NCBI GenBank assembly: GCA_965637545.1
Contig: OZ281494.1
Location: 1,364,001-1,428,000 of the forward strand
Direction of reading: 5' to 3'
Length of the DNA stretch: 64,000 nt
From: Phallusia mammillata
Taxonomy: Eukaryota
Part shown: positions 35,861 through 48,000 of the stretch, piece by piece
Layout: every line of letters starts with the position of its first letter
Numbering within the stretch: the stretch's first letter is position 1
Notes under the pieces: model-generated
The model's database searches: none
Seen by the model: the letters and a program-made list of their open reading frames with translations, nothing else
What the model was told of the DNA's origin: nothing
Translations under genes and position numbers: made by a program

Positions 35861-38800
35861 GAAACGCAGAGTAAAATATCTATGACGCACGCCAACTATT
35901 GGCGGTTTACTGTCTCGGTTGTTTTTGAAGTCATGACCCGCTTTCTTACAACAAACAAACAAACAAATAAATTAATCTTACACCCCAAGGTCAACAACAC
36001 CTGAACACAGATACCGGAAAGGTTAAACAAGGTCACACAGGTCTTGCGCAAGTCTTACTCATACTTCCTTTAAAATTCCAGGTAAAAAACACTTGCAGAT
36101 CACCTGAAACTTTCGCCAAGGTAAGACTTCCTTCGGAAAAGTCTTAAGACGTCTTCAAGGTCAAGGTCAAGGTAACCGGATGTCCTGCACGGAACCTGTG
36201 AATCTACGGACCATCTTCCTACTACTTTTCTACCTACGGAAATGGGGATCAACATGAATATGAAAATTCAGAAATGAATATGAAAACATGAATGTCACAG
36301 CAACAAACACAAACCCTGCATACGAAGAAATACAATAATAATTAAATAAGGTGTCATTCTTTAACTACTTTGTTCCTTTTCTTTTGGTTACTTGTGGTAG
36401 TTTTTATTTCTTGTAAGACAAGTCTCGAACATTAAAAACACGTTGCTAGTCTTAATTAAAACTGTAATAAGAAACTATTTTTTAATCCATCCTCGAATTC
36501 CTCGTATGAATCTGTCCAATGTCTCATTTGTTTGTTTCATTTCTATTCTCTGTCGTTAAACCACACACCTTAACGCATTAAACTTGTAATTAGTCCTATT
36601 TTCAAGGATATTTTATGTGTAATTGGTTGATTTGCTAAAGTTAGTGACTTTATTTTATTTCAACACAACTGATTCCATTGGGTTTGATCAAGTTGTGTAA
36701 ATATCTTCTTTAAAACACATGGTCGGAAATGGTTTAGATCCCGTAAGCGTGTGCTCACTAGACCATTTTGCCGGCTTTCCTGTTTTGAATGTTTCACAGC
36801 TTTAAATCATTGCTCTCGGAACGTTTGTCTTGTGTCTGGAAAATTTGTAATTGTTTGTTGCATATATAAGTGATCACATTTTACCAGCGGTTCCCAAACG
36901 TTAGTGGTTTTAGACCCTTTCATTTAGTTTGCATGATGTCGCTGGTAATACTAACAGCAGTCCCATGATAAACTCACATCTCACACTTTTTGCTTAGAAC
37001 AATAAGTCACCGTTGCATATCCGGTCAGCATATTGAGCTACCCTCACACACGTAACTAAGACAGATATAAAATTCAATTGTTACACAAAAAAATGTTTCA
37101 ACCGCAGATCAGCAAAACTATTTATAAAAGTAGATTGCAGCCAGATCAATCAGCCAGGTAGAGTGTTGCGCAAACAATTCGAGAAGTAACTCAATATAGA
37201 TTCCACGGACATCGTGTATGGAGAAGTTTGAAGATTGAAAACAGTTTTGTACAGAAATTAATTTCTTGTCCTTAAACATTTTTCTTGTAAGTGGGTTAGA
37301 CCTTCCTACACGTAGCTGAAAATGTATTAAAAATTATTTGGATCAAATATTTGGTAGTATAAAATATTTTGAGATTTGGTCACAAGGTAAAGTCAGGAAC
37401 GACATTTTTACACAAAGAACTTACTTTTGTGTTTTACTTCCTCGTTAGGCTACGACCTGGTCCAAAGTACAGGCTTTGTGCTTACAACAAAAACTGATAC
37501 AATGCTGTCTAAGTTCCATTCACCTACAGGTAGCAAGCCTCACATAGCAATTACCAATCGATGTTTTACTGAAAGAAAGCAAAATTCCTTTCATAAAGGT
37601 ACGACGGTTTTAACCACTTTTTTGCAACTTTTAAGAATTTATGTTTCTAAAATTTACTATTTAGCAAATAGAAGTTGCTTTCAGCTGCAGACAGTGCACA
37701 ATGTTTCGACCAATACGATCTTGTTAGTGCAGCTGGTGACAAGAGATCCGTTTTGGGCAGTGTAGACATCCGAAGGAACTCCAGTTCGTTGCGCGTAACA
37801 GGCTATACATGCCTTACCTATTGCATGCCTATTGCAGGCCTTGTCATTTATACAGAATGGGTAAGGCATGTCTTTCTAGCCGTGATGCTTTTACTGTATT
37901 GTTTTACTTATCTTGCTTGCCTGGAGATTTCCGTTGCTGATGGAAAACCTATTTTTACAGTCAAAGTGTAAAAATACTTGACTGAATTCAAATTCAAAAT
38001 CGAAAAATGTGTAGAGCCTTTTCAGACAAACAAAGTCACAAGTGAAAAAACACAAGCAATACATTAGTATAACATTCACCATTAGGAAGGACATAAGAAA
38101 TAGTACAGTATTATTCACTTTCAACGAATGTTATCAAAGCAAAGCCTACAAATAGTGTTTCTGACTAGGAGTTTCCCCATAGCGTTTATGTGCATTCACA
38201 ATACCGAAGCTCCATGATAAATCACACAGCGTCAGATCCACTACCTACGCTAACCTCGCGGAAATGCCTGGTAGATAAAATTGATTACGTAAACCGCCTC
38301 TTGCATGCTTGGTGTATTTTACGTTAACCGCTGCTACAGGTTATAGGAATTTAAAAAACGAATAGATGATGAGATATACAGACAGCGTTGAATCATGCTT
38401 TCCCACGCAGCGTTCTTATCGTTGAGACAAAGCTGTTCATTTACATAACGTATAGAAAAACTCCATTGAAGCTAATCAACAATGGTATGAGCCAGTACCG
38501 TCGATTGTGCAGATGTGCTGTGGGTAGTCATACCTGATGCAAGGTTAACATCTTGAAGCATGAGAATCAGGGGTAGATTTGCGTACATGTTGTCTACCTA
38601 ATGATGAAAATAACGGCCCTAACAGACAAAAAATACTTAATGCTCATGCCACCATCAGAGATATGAGAGTCCCCATCAGTTACACACGTTTATATAAACT
38701 TGAATATTGATAAAAAGGTGAGAACAAGCGTTGGCGTGCGTTGTCCTGTACAGCACATTGTATGGTACATTTATCAAATGAAGTGTTCTGCTGTAAATGA

Positions 38801-39281
38801 ACTTATACTTATTTTAATTACACAGCTTCAGCACAGATAAGGCTCGGTTCAAATGCGAGCAAAGCAGCACCGCAAGGAGTCCAAGTATGATACAGTAACT
38901 ATACAATTTAAAACGATGGCTATTCAAAGCTGCAGACAGATAAGGTTTCGTCAGTGCAGTTGGTAACAATACACTGGCCGTGTTGGCCGATATACTCAAT
39001 TGCGGCAAATCAAGTTGTTTTCTGCATTTTTTTTTTAAATCAAGTTGATTTCTGCAGCCGATGGTAACAACAAGCAGAAGCAGAAAGTGACCTTAATTTT
39101 GTTCATTGTGACAAACCAGACGTAATGACTTGGGTTTACACCAGCAAGATTGTGATTATTATTATGATGGTTTATATTATAACCGCACAAATTAAATGTA
39201 AGTGTCACTTTATCCGTTTGTGATTAATTAAGAAGCAAATGCTTCTGACTCAAAATCAGTAGACACTGGGTTGGTATATTC

Positions 39282-39319
39282 GAGATATATATTTCACCTA
39301 TTCAGGCATCGTCAGTCTC
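39282..39319 (-). ncRNA. Candidate minimal hammerhead ribozyme (mirror copy, left arm)
   Basis: Exact reverse complement of 41982-42019. Confidence 0.6.
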
Positions 39320-40633
39320 TAAAAACTGCAAACAACGAAGGTAAATCAAAAGAGAACAGATGTAACAGCATACAAAATAAAATAGTAAAAAACTTAAAAC
39401 AATAAAAGCATTTATGTCTAGTTTGGTTAACACAGTCTACACGAGCACAAAAGCGTAAATGTAACAAGGACGAAAAAACAGACGCGACGGCGGAAAAAAG
39501 GAGAAAAGGTGAGAGGCGTAAAACGGAAAAAGATAACGTCAACAGACACGCGCAAGATTAGAAATAACTCTGCGAATCAGCGCAATCTAGGTAAAACCAT
39601 TTTTTGAATATTGATGATGGCCTGTGTTATTTTAAGCCACTTGGCTTCACATGCATCCAGGTCTTTAGGTGCCGGCTGCTGTAGAAACGTTACGCTAAAA
39701 CATTGTGTTATGTCGGGGTGTGTTGAAAAAACTGCTATGTGTTTTGTGGCGTAGTGGTGCAATAATGCTGCATTGTCATTTTCCTCATTTACTTTGTGTT
39801 CTTTCCATGTGGATCTGTGATGTGTCCAACGGGTGCTAAACCGGTTTTTTGTTTGTCCAATGTATTGCGCGCTGCATATGTTGCAAGTAGCCGCATATAT
39901 GCCGTAGCACTTGCAGTCCAGGTCTTGTTTCAATTCTAAAACTTGTCCGTGTGTTGTGAACTTGCGCTGTTTATAAACCATGCTCTTATGACTACCATGA
40001 TTGCCACACAAAGCACACTTTTCGCAAGGGCGCGACTGGCCGACGGGTTGTTTTGGCGCATGGGCCAAGCTTCTGTAATTAGTCAGAAGGTTCCCCAGGG
40101 TACTTGCTCTTTTATAAACTACAGTCGCGGAAAGTTGTAAGTCCCTTTCCTTAGCTGTTAACTTCAAGGCCTGTGGGAAAGCTGTACCCCAAGCTATCCT
40201 TGGTTTGCGGGATCGACAAGTTGGTGACGCGAACCGTTTCATCCAAGTTTTCGAAACACTTAAACACTGTTCTGTAATGCGTTCGGGAAACGCAGATCTT
40301 TGGCACTTTTCCCTGAGTCGTTCCAGACTGGTGAAATAGTCTTTGTCCAACTCATTCAGCCTTCCTAATCTGCTGGCCTCACCCAACACAATGCCCCGAA
40401 ATACATGTGAAGGGTGATGGGAAGTTCCGTGCAGGAAGCAACGGTGTTTGCTTGTTTCTTTCACGTGGTCTTTGGTGACGAAATGTAACTTTGTAACACT
40501 TGAATAGCAGTGCAAAACATCAAGAAATTCCACACTCCCTTTCCGATCTCTATTGGAAAATTCCCGAAATGTGAGCTTTAAACCGGATTTGTGAAAAGCA
40601 GCTTGCAACGCTGACTTTATTTCCTTGGTGGCT

Positions 40634-40833
40634 NNNNNNNNNNNNNNNNNNNNNNNNNNNNNNNNNNNNNNNNNNNNNNNNNNNNNNNNNNNNNNNNNNN
40701 NNNNNNNNNNNNNNNNNNNNNNNNNNNNNNNNNNNNNNNNNNNNNNNNNNNNNNNNNNNNNNNNNNNNNNNNNNNNNNNNNNNNNNNNNNNNNNNNNNNN
40801 NNNNNNNNNNNNNNNNNNNNNNNNNNNNNNNNN
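40634..40833. other. 200-N scaffold gap whose flanks overlap by 69 bp
   Basis: 40565-40633 is repeated exactly at 40834-40902. Confidence 0.95.
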
Positions 40834-41981
40834 CGAAATGTGAGCTTTAAACCGGATTTGTGAAAAGCAGCTTGCAACGCTGACTTTATTTCCTTGGTGG
40901 CTTCCCGTCCAAACGATATTCTGTGGAGCAGATTAAGAAGGCTGAATGAGTTGGACAAAGACTATTTCACCAGTCTGGAACGACTCAGGGAAAAGTGCCA
41001 AAGATCTGCGTTTCCCGAACGCATTACAGAACAGTGTTTAAGTGTTTCGAAAACTTGGATGAAACGGTTCGCGTCACCAACTTGTCGATCCCGCAAACCA
41101 AGGATAGCTTGGGGTACAGCTTTCCCACAGGCCTTGAAGTTAACAGCTAAGGAAAGGGACTTACAACTTTCCGCGACTGTAGTTTATAAAAGAGCAAGTA
41201 CCCTGGGGAACCTTCTGACTAATTACAGAAGCTTGGCCCATGCGCCAAAACAACCCGTCGGCCAGTCGCGCCCTTGCGAAAAGTGTGCTTTGTGTGGCAA
41301 TCATGGTAGTCATAAGAGCATGGTTTATAAACAGCGCAAGTTCACAACACACGGACAAGTTTTAGAATTGAAACAAGACCTGGACTGCAAGTGCTACGGC
41401 ATATATGCGGCTACTTGCAACATATGCAGCGCGCAATACATTGGACAAACAAAAAACCGGTTTAGCACCCGTTGGACACATCACAGATCCACATGGAAAG
41501 AACACAAAGTAAATGAGGAAAATGACAATGCAGCATTATTGCACCACTACGCCACAAAACACATAGCAGTTTTTTCAACACACCCCGACATAACACAATG
41601 TTTTAGCGTAACGTTTCTACAGTAGCCGGCACCTAAAGACCTGGATGCATGTGAAGCCAAGTGGATTAAAATAACACAGGCCACCATCAATATTCAAAAA
41701 ATGGTTTTACCTAGATTGCGCTGATTCGCAGAGTTATTTCTAATCTTGCGCGTGTCTGTTGACGTTATCTTTTTCCGTTTTACGCCTCTCACCTTTTCTC
41801 CTTTTTTCCGCCGTCGCGTCTGTTTTTTCGTCCTTGTTACATTTACGCTTTTGTGCTCGTGTAGACTGTGTTAACCAAACTAGACATAAATGCTTTTATT
41901 GTTTTAAGTTTTTTACTATTTTATTTTGTATGCTGTTACATCTGTTCTCTTTTGATTTACCTTCGTTGTTTGCAGTTTTTA

Positions 41982-42019
41982 GAGACTGACGATGCCTGAA
42001 TAGGTGAAATATATATCTC
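41982..42019 (+). ncRNA. Candidate minimal type I hammerhead ribozyme in the Penelope 3' region
   Basis: GAGA-CUGACGA-U-GCCU[GAAU]AGGU-GAAA-UAUAUA-UCUC. This gives the core CUGANGA...GAAA, a 4-bp stem II, a palindromic minimal stem III, an AUA cleavage triplet and a 4-bp stem I. PLEs are known carriers of minimal hammerheads. Confidence 0.65.
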
Positions 42020-45000
42020 GAATATACCAACCCAGTGTCTACTGATTTTGAGTCAGAAGCATTTGCTTCTTAATTAATCATTTACTGAAAGAATTTTGAC
42101 TCAGTGATCGTGGATATTAACATGCCTACTATTAGAGGGACAGATCCGGTGAATAGCATTTATGTTTATCCGTTTGTAGGGCTATTTATTTATTTTTGCT
42201 ATCAATTGTGCCAAATGCACTGCAATTTTTTAAAACTTAACGTGTTAATCGGTTAAACAACTTATTTGGCAAAATATTTGCAGAAATCAGTTAACAATGA
42301 GGTACTCTCCAGGTTGCAACAAAACTTGTCAAGCAGTGAAGGAAAGTGTGTTGATATTATCTGACGATCTTATGGATGCAAACACTGCACTGGAGAAATG
42401 TTCTTTGTTGGGTGGAAATCTTGCAATGACTGCTGACCCGCAGATCAACACAACTCTCACTCAAATCATGACAGACAAATACACGACAGGTTGGCATATG
42501 TGCATCTGATATTAAGGCTTGGCAACAAAGTACAACATATAGACCCAACTGCCTGTCTCAACAAAGCGTTATTTTAGACTTGCAGCGGGTTTATATTTTT
42601 TTTGAGCCGGACAAATATGAACGATGCAAATACTCATATAGTTCGGCTGAACTGGATTTCTGGAAAAGTACAAAATCTCTCGGACATCTGTGGTATTTCG
42701 ACTTGTACAGAAGGTGAAAAAAAGGAACAAATTTGTCACTATCAATTAAACCTAATTATGTTGAACAGGAATCTTGAAAAGGCGATGGAATCAATTTACA
42801 TTTGTGAGGCATGGAAAAACAGGAGGCTGGAGACATGGAAAGTGAACATTGGAAGAAATTGTGCACGCCTAGACGGCGATGGAAATTGGAACGGTTAGTT
42901 ATCGTTGTAGCCAGATCAACAACACTGATTGGATCACAATATTATATTGAAACCTAAACTTATTTCTACTGTTTATGGTTTAGGTCTGTCAGGAACAAAA
43001 AAATTTTTTAATTTCTTTGAACGCACTTACAAATATTTGCAGGATGGAATCTGCGATATTCTTTATTTTCCGACACTAAAACAAGAAAACGCCAAAAACA
43101 AATGTTTATTTATGGAAGCATCGGTTTAATGAGTGGAAGCAAATTGCGAAGTGCCAATAAACCGTTTGAAAGCTTTAACAAATCAGATGGATCGTTCCTG
43201 GCACCAAGTGAGCGTTTGGTCTTAAAACGTATAACTTCTACCTCATGTTAAAAAAGTATTTTTACCGTATTCACCGTATTTTTAGAAGTCGACGTGTTTG
43301 TTGGAGCTCGTTACAACACGTCGTTGCATGGCTGGTATTGGAGCGACGGATCTCCAGCAAACTTTCCCGTTTCCAACGTTACAATTTGCCAGCAGGGAGC
43401 GTTGCATTATGAGATCGAATGGGAGCAGTCAAGCATGAACTCCAGTGGGGAACCGGCTTACTACGCTTGTCAAGTAAAATGTGAGTAATTACAATCTTTT
43501 TAAGTGTGTAAAATGTTTCGGTAAGATGTTCTTGTTTTTTTTTTTGGAAAGTTAAGTAATCGTGACCTTATTTAACTTTCGCAAACATTTACTGTAACGT
43601 CTGAAATCACGTTTAGTCAATGCTACTGTGGAGACATTTCCATGCAACGCTTCAACTGTGCTTGTCAATTGGACTGGACTTGATCAATTCATCAACAACA
43701 ACAATCTAACAGCGCAAGTAAGAACCAATCGTCCCTAGAGATAATCTAACATAAGTTTAAGAAATGTGATTTGTTTCTGATGTTGTCTTTAGGTTGAGAT
43801 TCATGTTTTGGAAACAAACAGAAGAATTTCGGCTCCATATGCAGATCTATCGACTAACATAGAGAATCTAAGATTTTCAAAAACATATATCATTAAAGTA
43901 AACGGCTACAAAAAATTTGAAAGCATCGTGCAAATCAATTTACCCACTTTATAATTTACAGGTCACAGCAATGCTTCTCAACGACCAAAATAGTAACAAC
44001 ATATGGAATCCCCCCATCGAGTTGCTATCCAAAAGGTAAGCGAATGTGTCACGTCTGCTATTTGTATAAACCCCAAAACACGTTCTTTTAGTAAACACGA
44101 CTGCAGAAACATTTCCATGTAACGCTTCTACTGTGCTTGTCGGTTGGAATGGACTCGATCATTTCATCAACGAAAACGCACTTACAGCGCAGGTATGAAG
44201 CAAAATCTGTAATATTTGCTTTATGTACATCAAAACAGAAGTAAAGTAGGAAAAACAAAAGAAATAAACCAAAGAAACCAGAATTTTCTATCATAAATAC
44301 CTGCAGGTTGCGATTGATGTCCAGGGTTGGAATCGAACAATCTCTGTTCCTTATTCCGACAGTTCCGCGACATTAGAAAATCTTTTAAACTCTGCTTTGC
44401 ATGATATTAAGGTAACCGTAGTTTCCTTTCATTGGTTGAAAACTACGTATCTTTTACTGGAATTAACTTACATTTTTGTACGTCCAGGTCACAGCGATTG
44501 TCACTGGTTCAATCAACACAAACATCACATCCAATTTGAAAGTAAGAACTCCGGGAAATCCGCCTCCAAGCTGTTTTCGTGAAGACATCCCGACCAATAC
44601 TGCAATGAGTGTTGCAAAGATTGCTGGTCTGGTGATTGGGTTGTTGCTTCTGCTGCTTGCCATTGTTGTGTCGTTGGTCATGTTTATTCGTCGAAGGCAC
44701 AGGTTTGATTTTAAACTTCGGATTTATATTGCAGCTAATTGTCAAAGTGCAGAGAAACTGTAAACAAAAATCTGAAAGTAATTTAAGTTAACATTGATAA
44801 AGAGGAATCTAACTCCCTTCATATAAATAAAAACCTTAAACCTGAAATATGTTTTACGTATTTGCAGGTACAGCAAAGAAGTTTCAAATCCTCAAATTCT
44901 TGCATCACCTCAAGGTGCCTTTGTTAAACTCGACTTGCCCATATATTTAAGATTGCTTATGTAAGAGCTTGAAAATACTTGAAAAAGTACAAAATACAAC

Positions 45001-48000
45001 AAGTCATTTTAAATAACTTGACAGAAATAGACAGAATATAGCTCAAAACAAATTACATTGGCCCACCTAAATTAAACTAAATGACTGATATCTTTTGGCA
45101 ACCACAACTTAATATTTTTACAGCCAATTTTTTTTGAAAGTTTGAAAAGTTGTAAACCATCAGTATGAACTAGTACACATAACTGAAAACTTGTAAATCG
45201 TTGTAATCACGTTCAAAATCTTAATATTAGGTAAAAAAGTAAACGTTTTTTATAGTATACTAAAAACTATTTCCATTAGGGCCTAGGTACTTTGTTTTCA
45301 CGGAAAACTTATTCTCGCATTTTCGAAAACGTTTTTTTTTTTCAACATGTTTTCTTCTTTTGCTTAGTTGGTAACAATTTATACATTAAGCGTTTTGTAG
45401 TGTACTTAAAATTATTTGTGCCAGTTTAATCAAAAACTTGTTTCAGTTCCAGACTGTGACTATCAAAACGTAGAACATGAATCCAAGTCAAACCAAAAAC
45501 TTGTTCTGGTTGTTCGAGAAAAATGCTGAGTCAGGATTTCTTTTGTCCAACGAATTTGAGGTAGGACTGTTGTGTTAACTATGTCGAACAAATTCATGTT
45601 AGGTCCTAATCAGCACACTGTAGTGCCTTCCCTGTGCAATTTCAACGCAGATTCGGTTTTGTAACCTTACACTCAAATCAGACTTTAAAAAAGTCCTAAT
45701 GCGCACAAAAATCGTAATTTAACAGCGTAATTATAATGGACTTTGGAAGTTACATGCTAATGACATACACGCATGAGTTAGTTACTATTGATAATTCACA
45801 CATGCTGCAAGCACATGCTAACCAAGTGAGACCAATTTTAAAACATTTTCAGGAAATTCAAAACAAAAGCAAAAACAACCAGAGAACAAGAGACGTGTCA
45901 CAGTTGCCGCAAAATGCTGTGAGAAACCGCTACAAGAATATTTTCCCTTGTAAGCATTCAAATTACAAAATGCACAGTAGTTAAATTAAATAAGGTTATG
46001 GAATGTGGCTATTTTTTTCATGTGCAAAAAACAGTGTATGCAGAAACAAATTTGCAATGTTTTTCTTTTGCATGTTCACAGTAAACCAGGAATGCAAATA
46101 AACCATGTCACAAAAGATAAGCAGATGCTGTTTGTTTTACACTTATAGAGAGGTGTAGTCAAACAAAGTCCTGGTTTCTTAAACTGACAAATGCTTTCAT
46201 TAGCATTGCCTTCAAAACAACAAAGCCGTGGATAAAGAACACATAGTGATAAGAAAATTTTTACAATCTGTGATACGATTGTGCAAACAGTAGTACGTAT
46301 AATTGGCATCCTGCATTACTGTGTTTCTTTAATAGACGATCATGCTCGAGTGCTTTTGCAAGGAGGCGGTGGAAACGATTACATCAACGCCGCTTATATA
46401 CCGGGTTACGATAACGAGAGGAAGTTCATCGCCACTCAGGGTCCGAAGAAGGAGACAATCAACGATTTCTGGTTGATGGTTTGGCAGGAAAACTCCAACA
46501 TCATCGTAATGCTCACTGGTTTGATGGAAAACGGAAAGGTAAGTTTTGTTAATTAACGGCTTGGTGGTGTGAAATTTACTGCAAATGCCAAGGTTTGATT
46601 TTGACGATTGAGTAATACGTTTATATCATTTGGCTCAGTGAACCTGCATTGTAAAACTCGTATTTTGTTTGCTTGTAAATTATATAAGTCACTAGTCTAG
46701 TTGCGTTTAACGTTATTCATCGTTATTTTCCTGCAGGCAAAATGTGAACAATACTGGCCTGATGTTGAAACCGAAATCAACTTGTCCTAAGATCAGAAAG
46801 TTCGAACGCAGTTAGAAATGACCATCGGTGGAATCGTTTAACGACAGTTTGTTATATCTACGACCACTGTAAGTATCTCGTTTGTATCATGTAGTTTGGT
46901 TTTGAGTTTGTTTCCATTTCTGCGATATTAGGATTCTAAGCATTGTGGCTTGTATGTGGCCTGATGAGCGTTATACAGTTGATTGTACATACACTTCTCA
47001 GGAACAACGAACCATAACACAGTTGCAGTTTACAACATGGGATTACAGTAACTACATCCAACATGATCCACCTACGTAACATGGTCGATGATTTGCAAAA
47101 CACAAATGATCCGATCATCGTGCACTGCAGGTAAAGACTTGACATACCTATTGTTAGTTTGATCGACCAATAGCCATATGTTTGGATGTAGTGCTGGAGT
47201 GGGGCGCACAGGCACTTGCATAGCGATGGACACTTTGTTTCATGAACTTGACGACAAAGGAACAGTTAATGTGCCGCAAATTGTTCTAAAAATGAGAGAG
47301 AATCGAATAGGCATGATACAAAATGCGGTACGTTTAAATTCAAATTCATTTTAATTTTGAATTGAAGGTCGCGTTTACAGAATCAATACAAGTACGTCTA
47401 CAAACTTCTAATGGAGCGTGAGAATTTGAAGAAAACAACAAAGATGTGACTGAACTTCAATCTATGACTTCAAGTGAAATGTAAACAATTATTATTTTTA
47501 GCAAACTATATGCAAGTGTTGGCTATCAGTTTGACATGATAGCTAGAAAATATGCAAAGAAATTTTTGGGCTTTAATACTTGTACGAATGTGCTGGTTGC
47601 AATGTTATAGTACATCTGATATCTGCTTATTTTGTAAAGGACAGTTGATTTCCCAATGCGAAAGTTTTATTGTTTTTTAGCAACAAATTTCAGGAGAAGG
47701 AATTTAATATATTGTCATCTTGGAGATTTGGCGAGGAATGGCAGGAAAATCACCCACAGCTGAGAACATGTAAATTAACGGACCATGCTTCGCTTTTTGT
47801 AGTTTGATATACAAATAAAACACAAACATGTTGTTTTTAGACAACAACACTTCGGTAAAAGTTTGGGACAATAGAAGTGAGATGATCCAGCAATTGGATG
47901 CTTCTTACATTCAGGTAACTTATAAATTAACATCAAAGCTTCTTACAACGATTTTGGCGTATTTCCGAAAAATCAGATCATTATTAAAAACGCAATTTCT

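Larger units (their letters stand above)
39221..42080. mobile_element. Penelope-like retroelement, two 5'-truncated copies head-to-head (~1.15-kb inverted arms), in intron 1 of gene F
   Basis: ORFs 39577-40608 (-) and 40894-41723 (+, TAG at 41623) encode the RT C-terminus (VEFLDVL..FVTKDH.KET...LHGTSHHP) plus CEKCALC and a GIY-YIG endonuclease (YGIYAATCNICSAQYIGQTKNRFSTRWTHH). The termini TGATTAATTAAG and CTTAATTAATCA are exact reverse complements. Confidence 0.92.

Noticed and set aside
35627-36004. 125-aa ORF through the CpG patch
   Set aside because: Non-ATG start in a GT microsatellite and low-complexity Arg/Ala/Ser content. An expected by-product of a GC-rich stretch.
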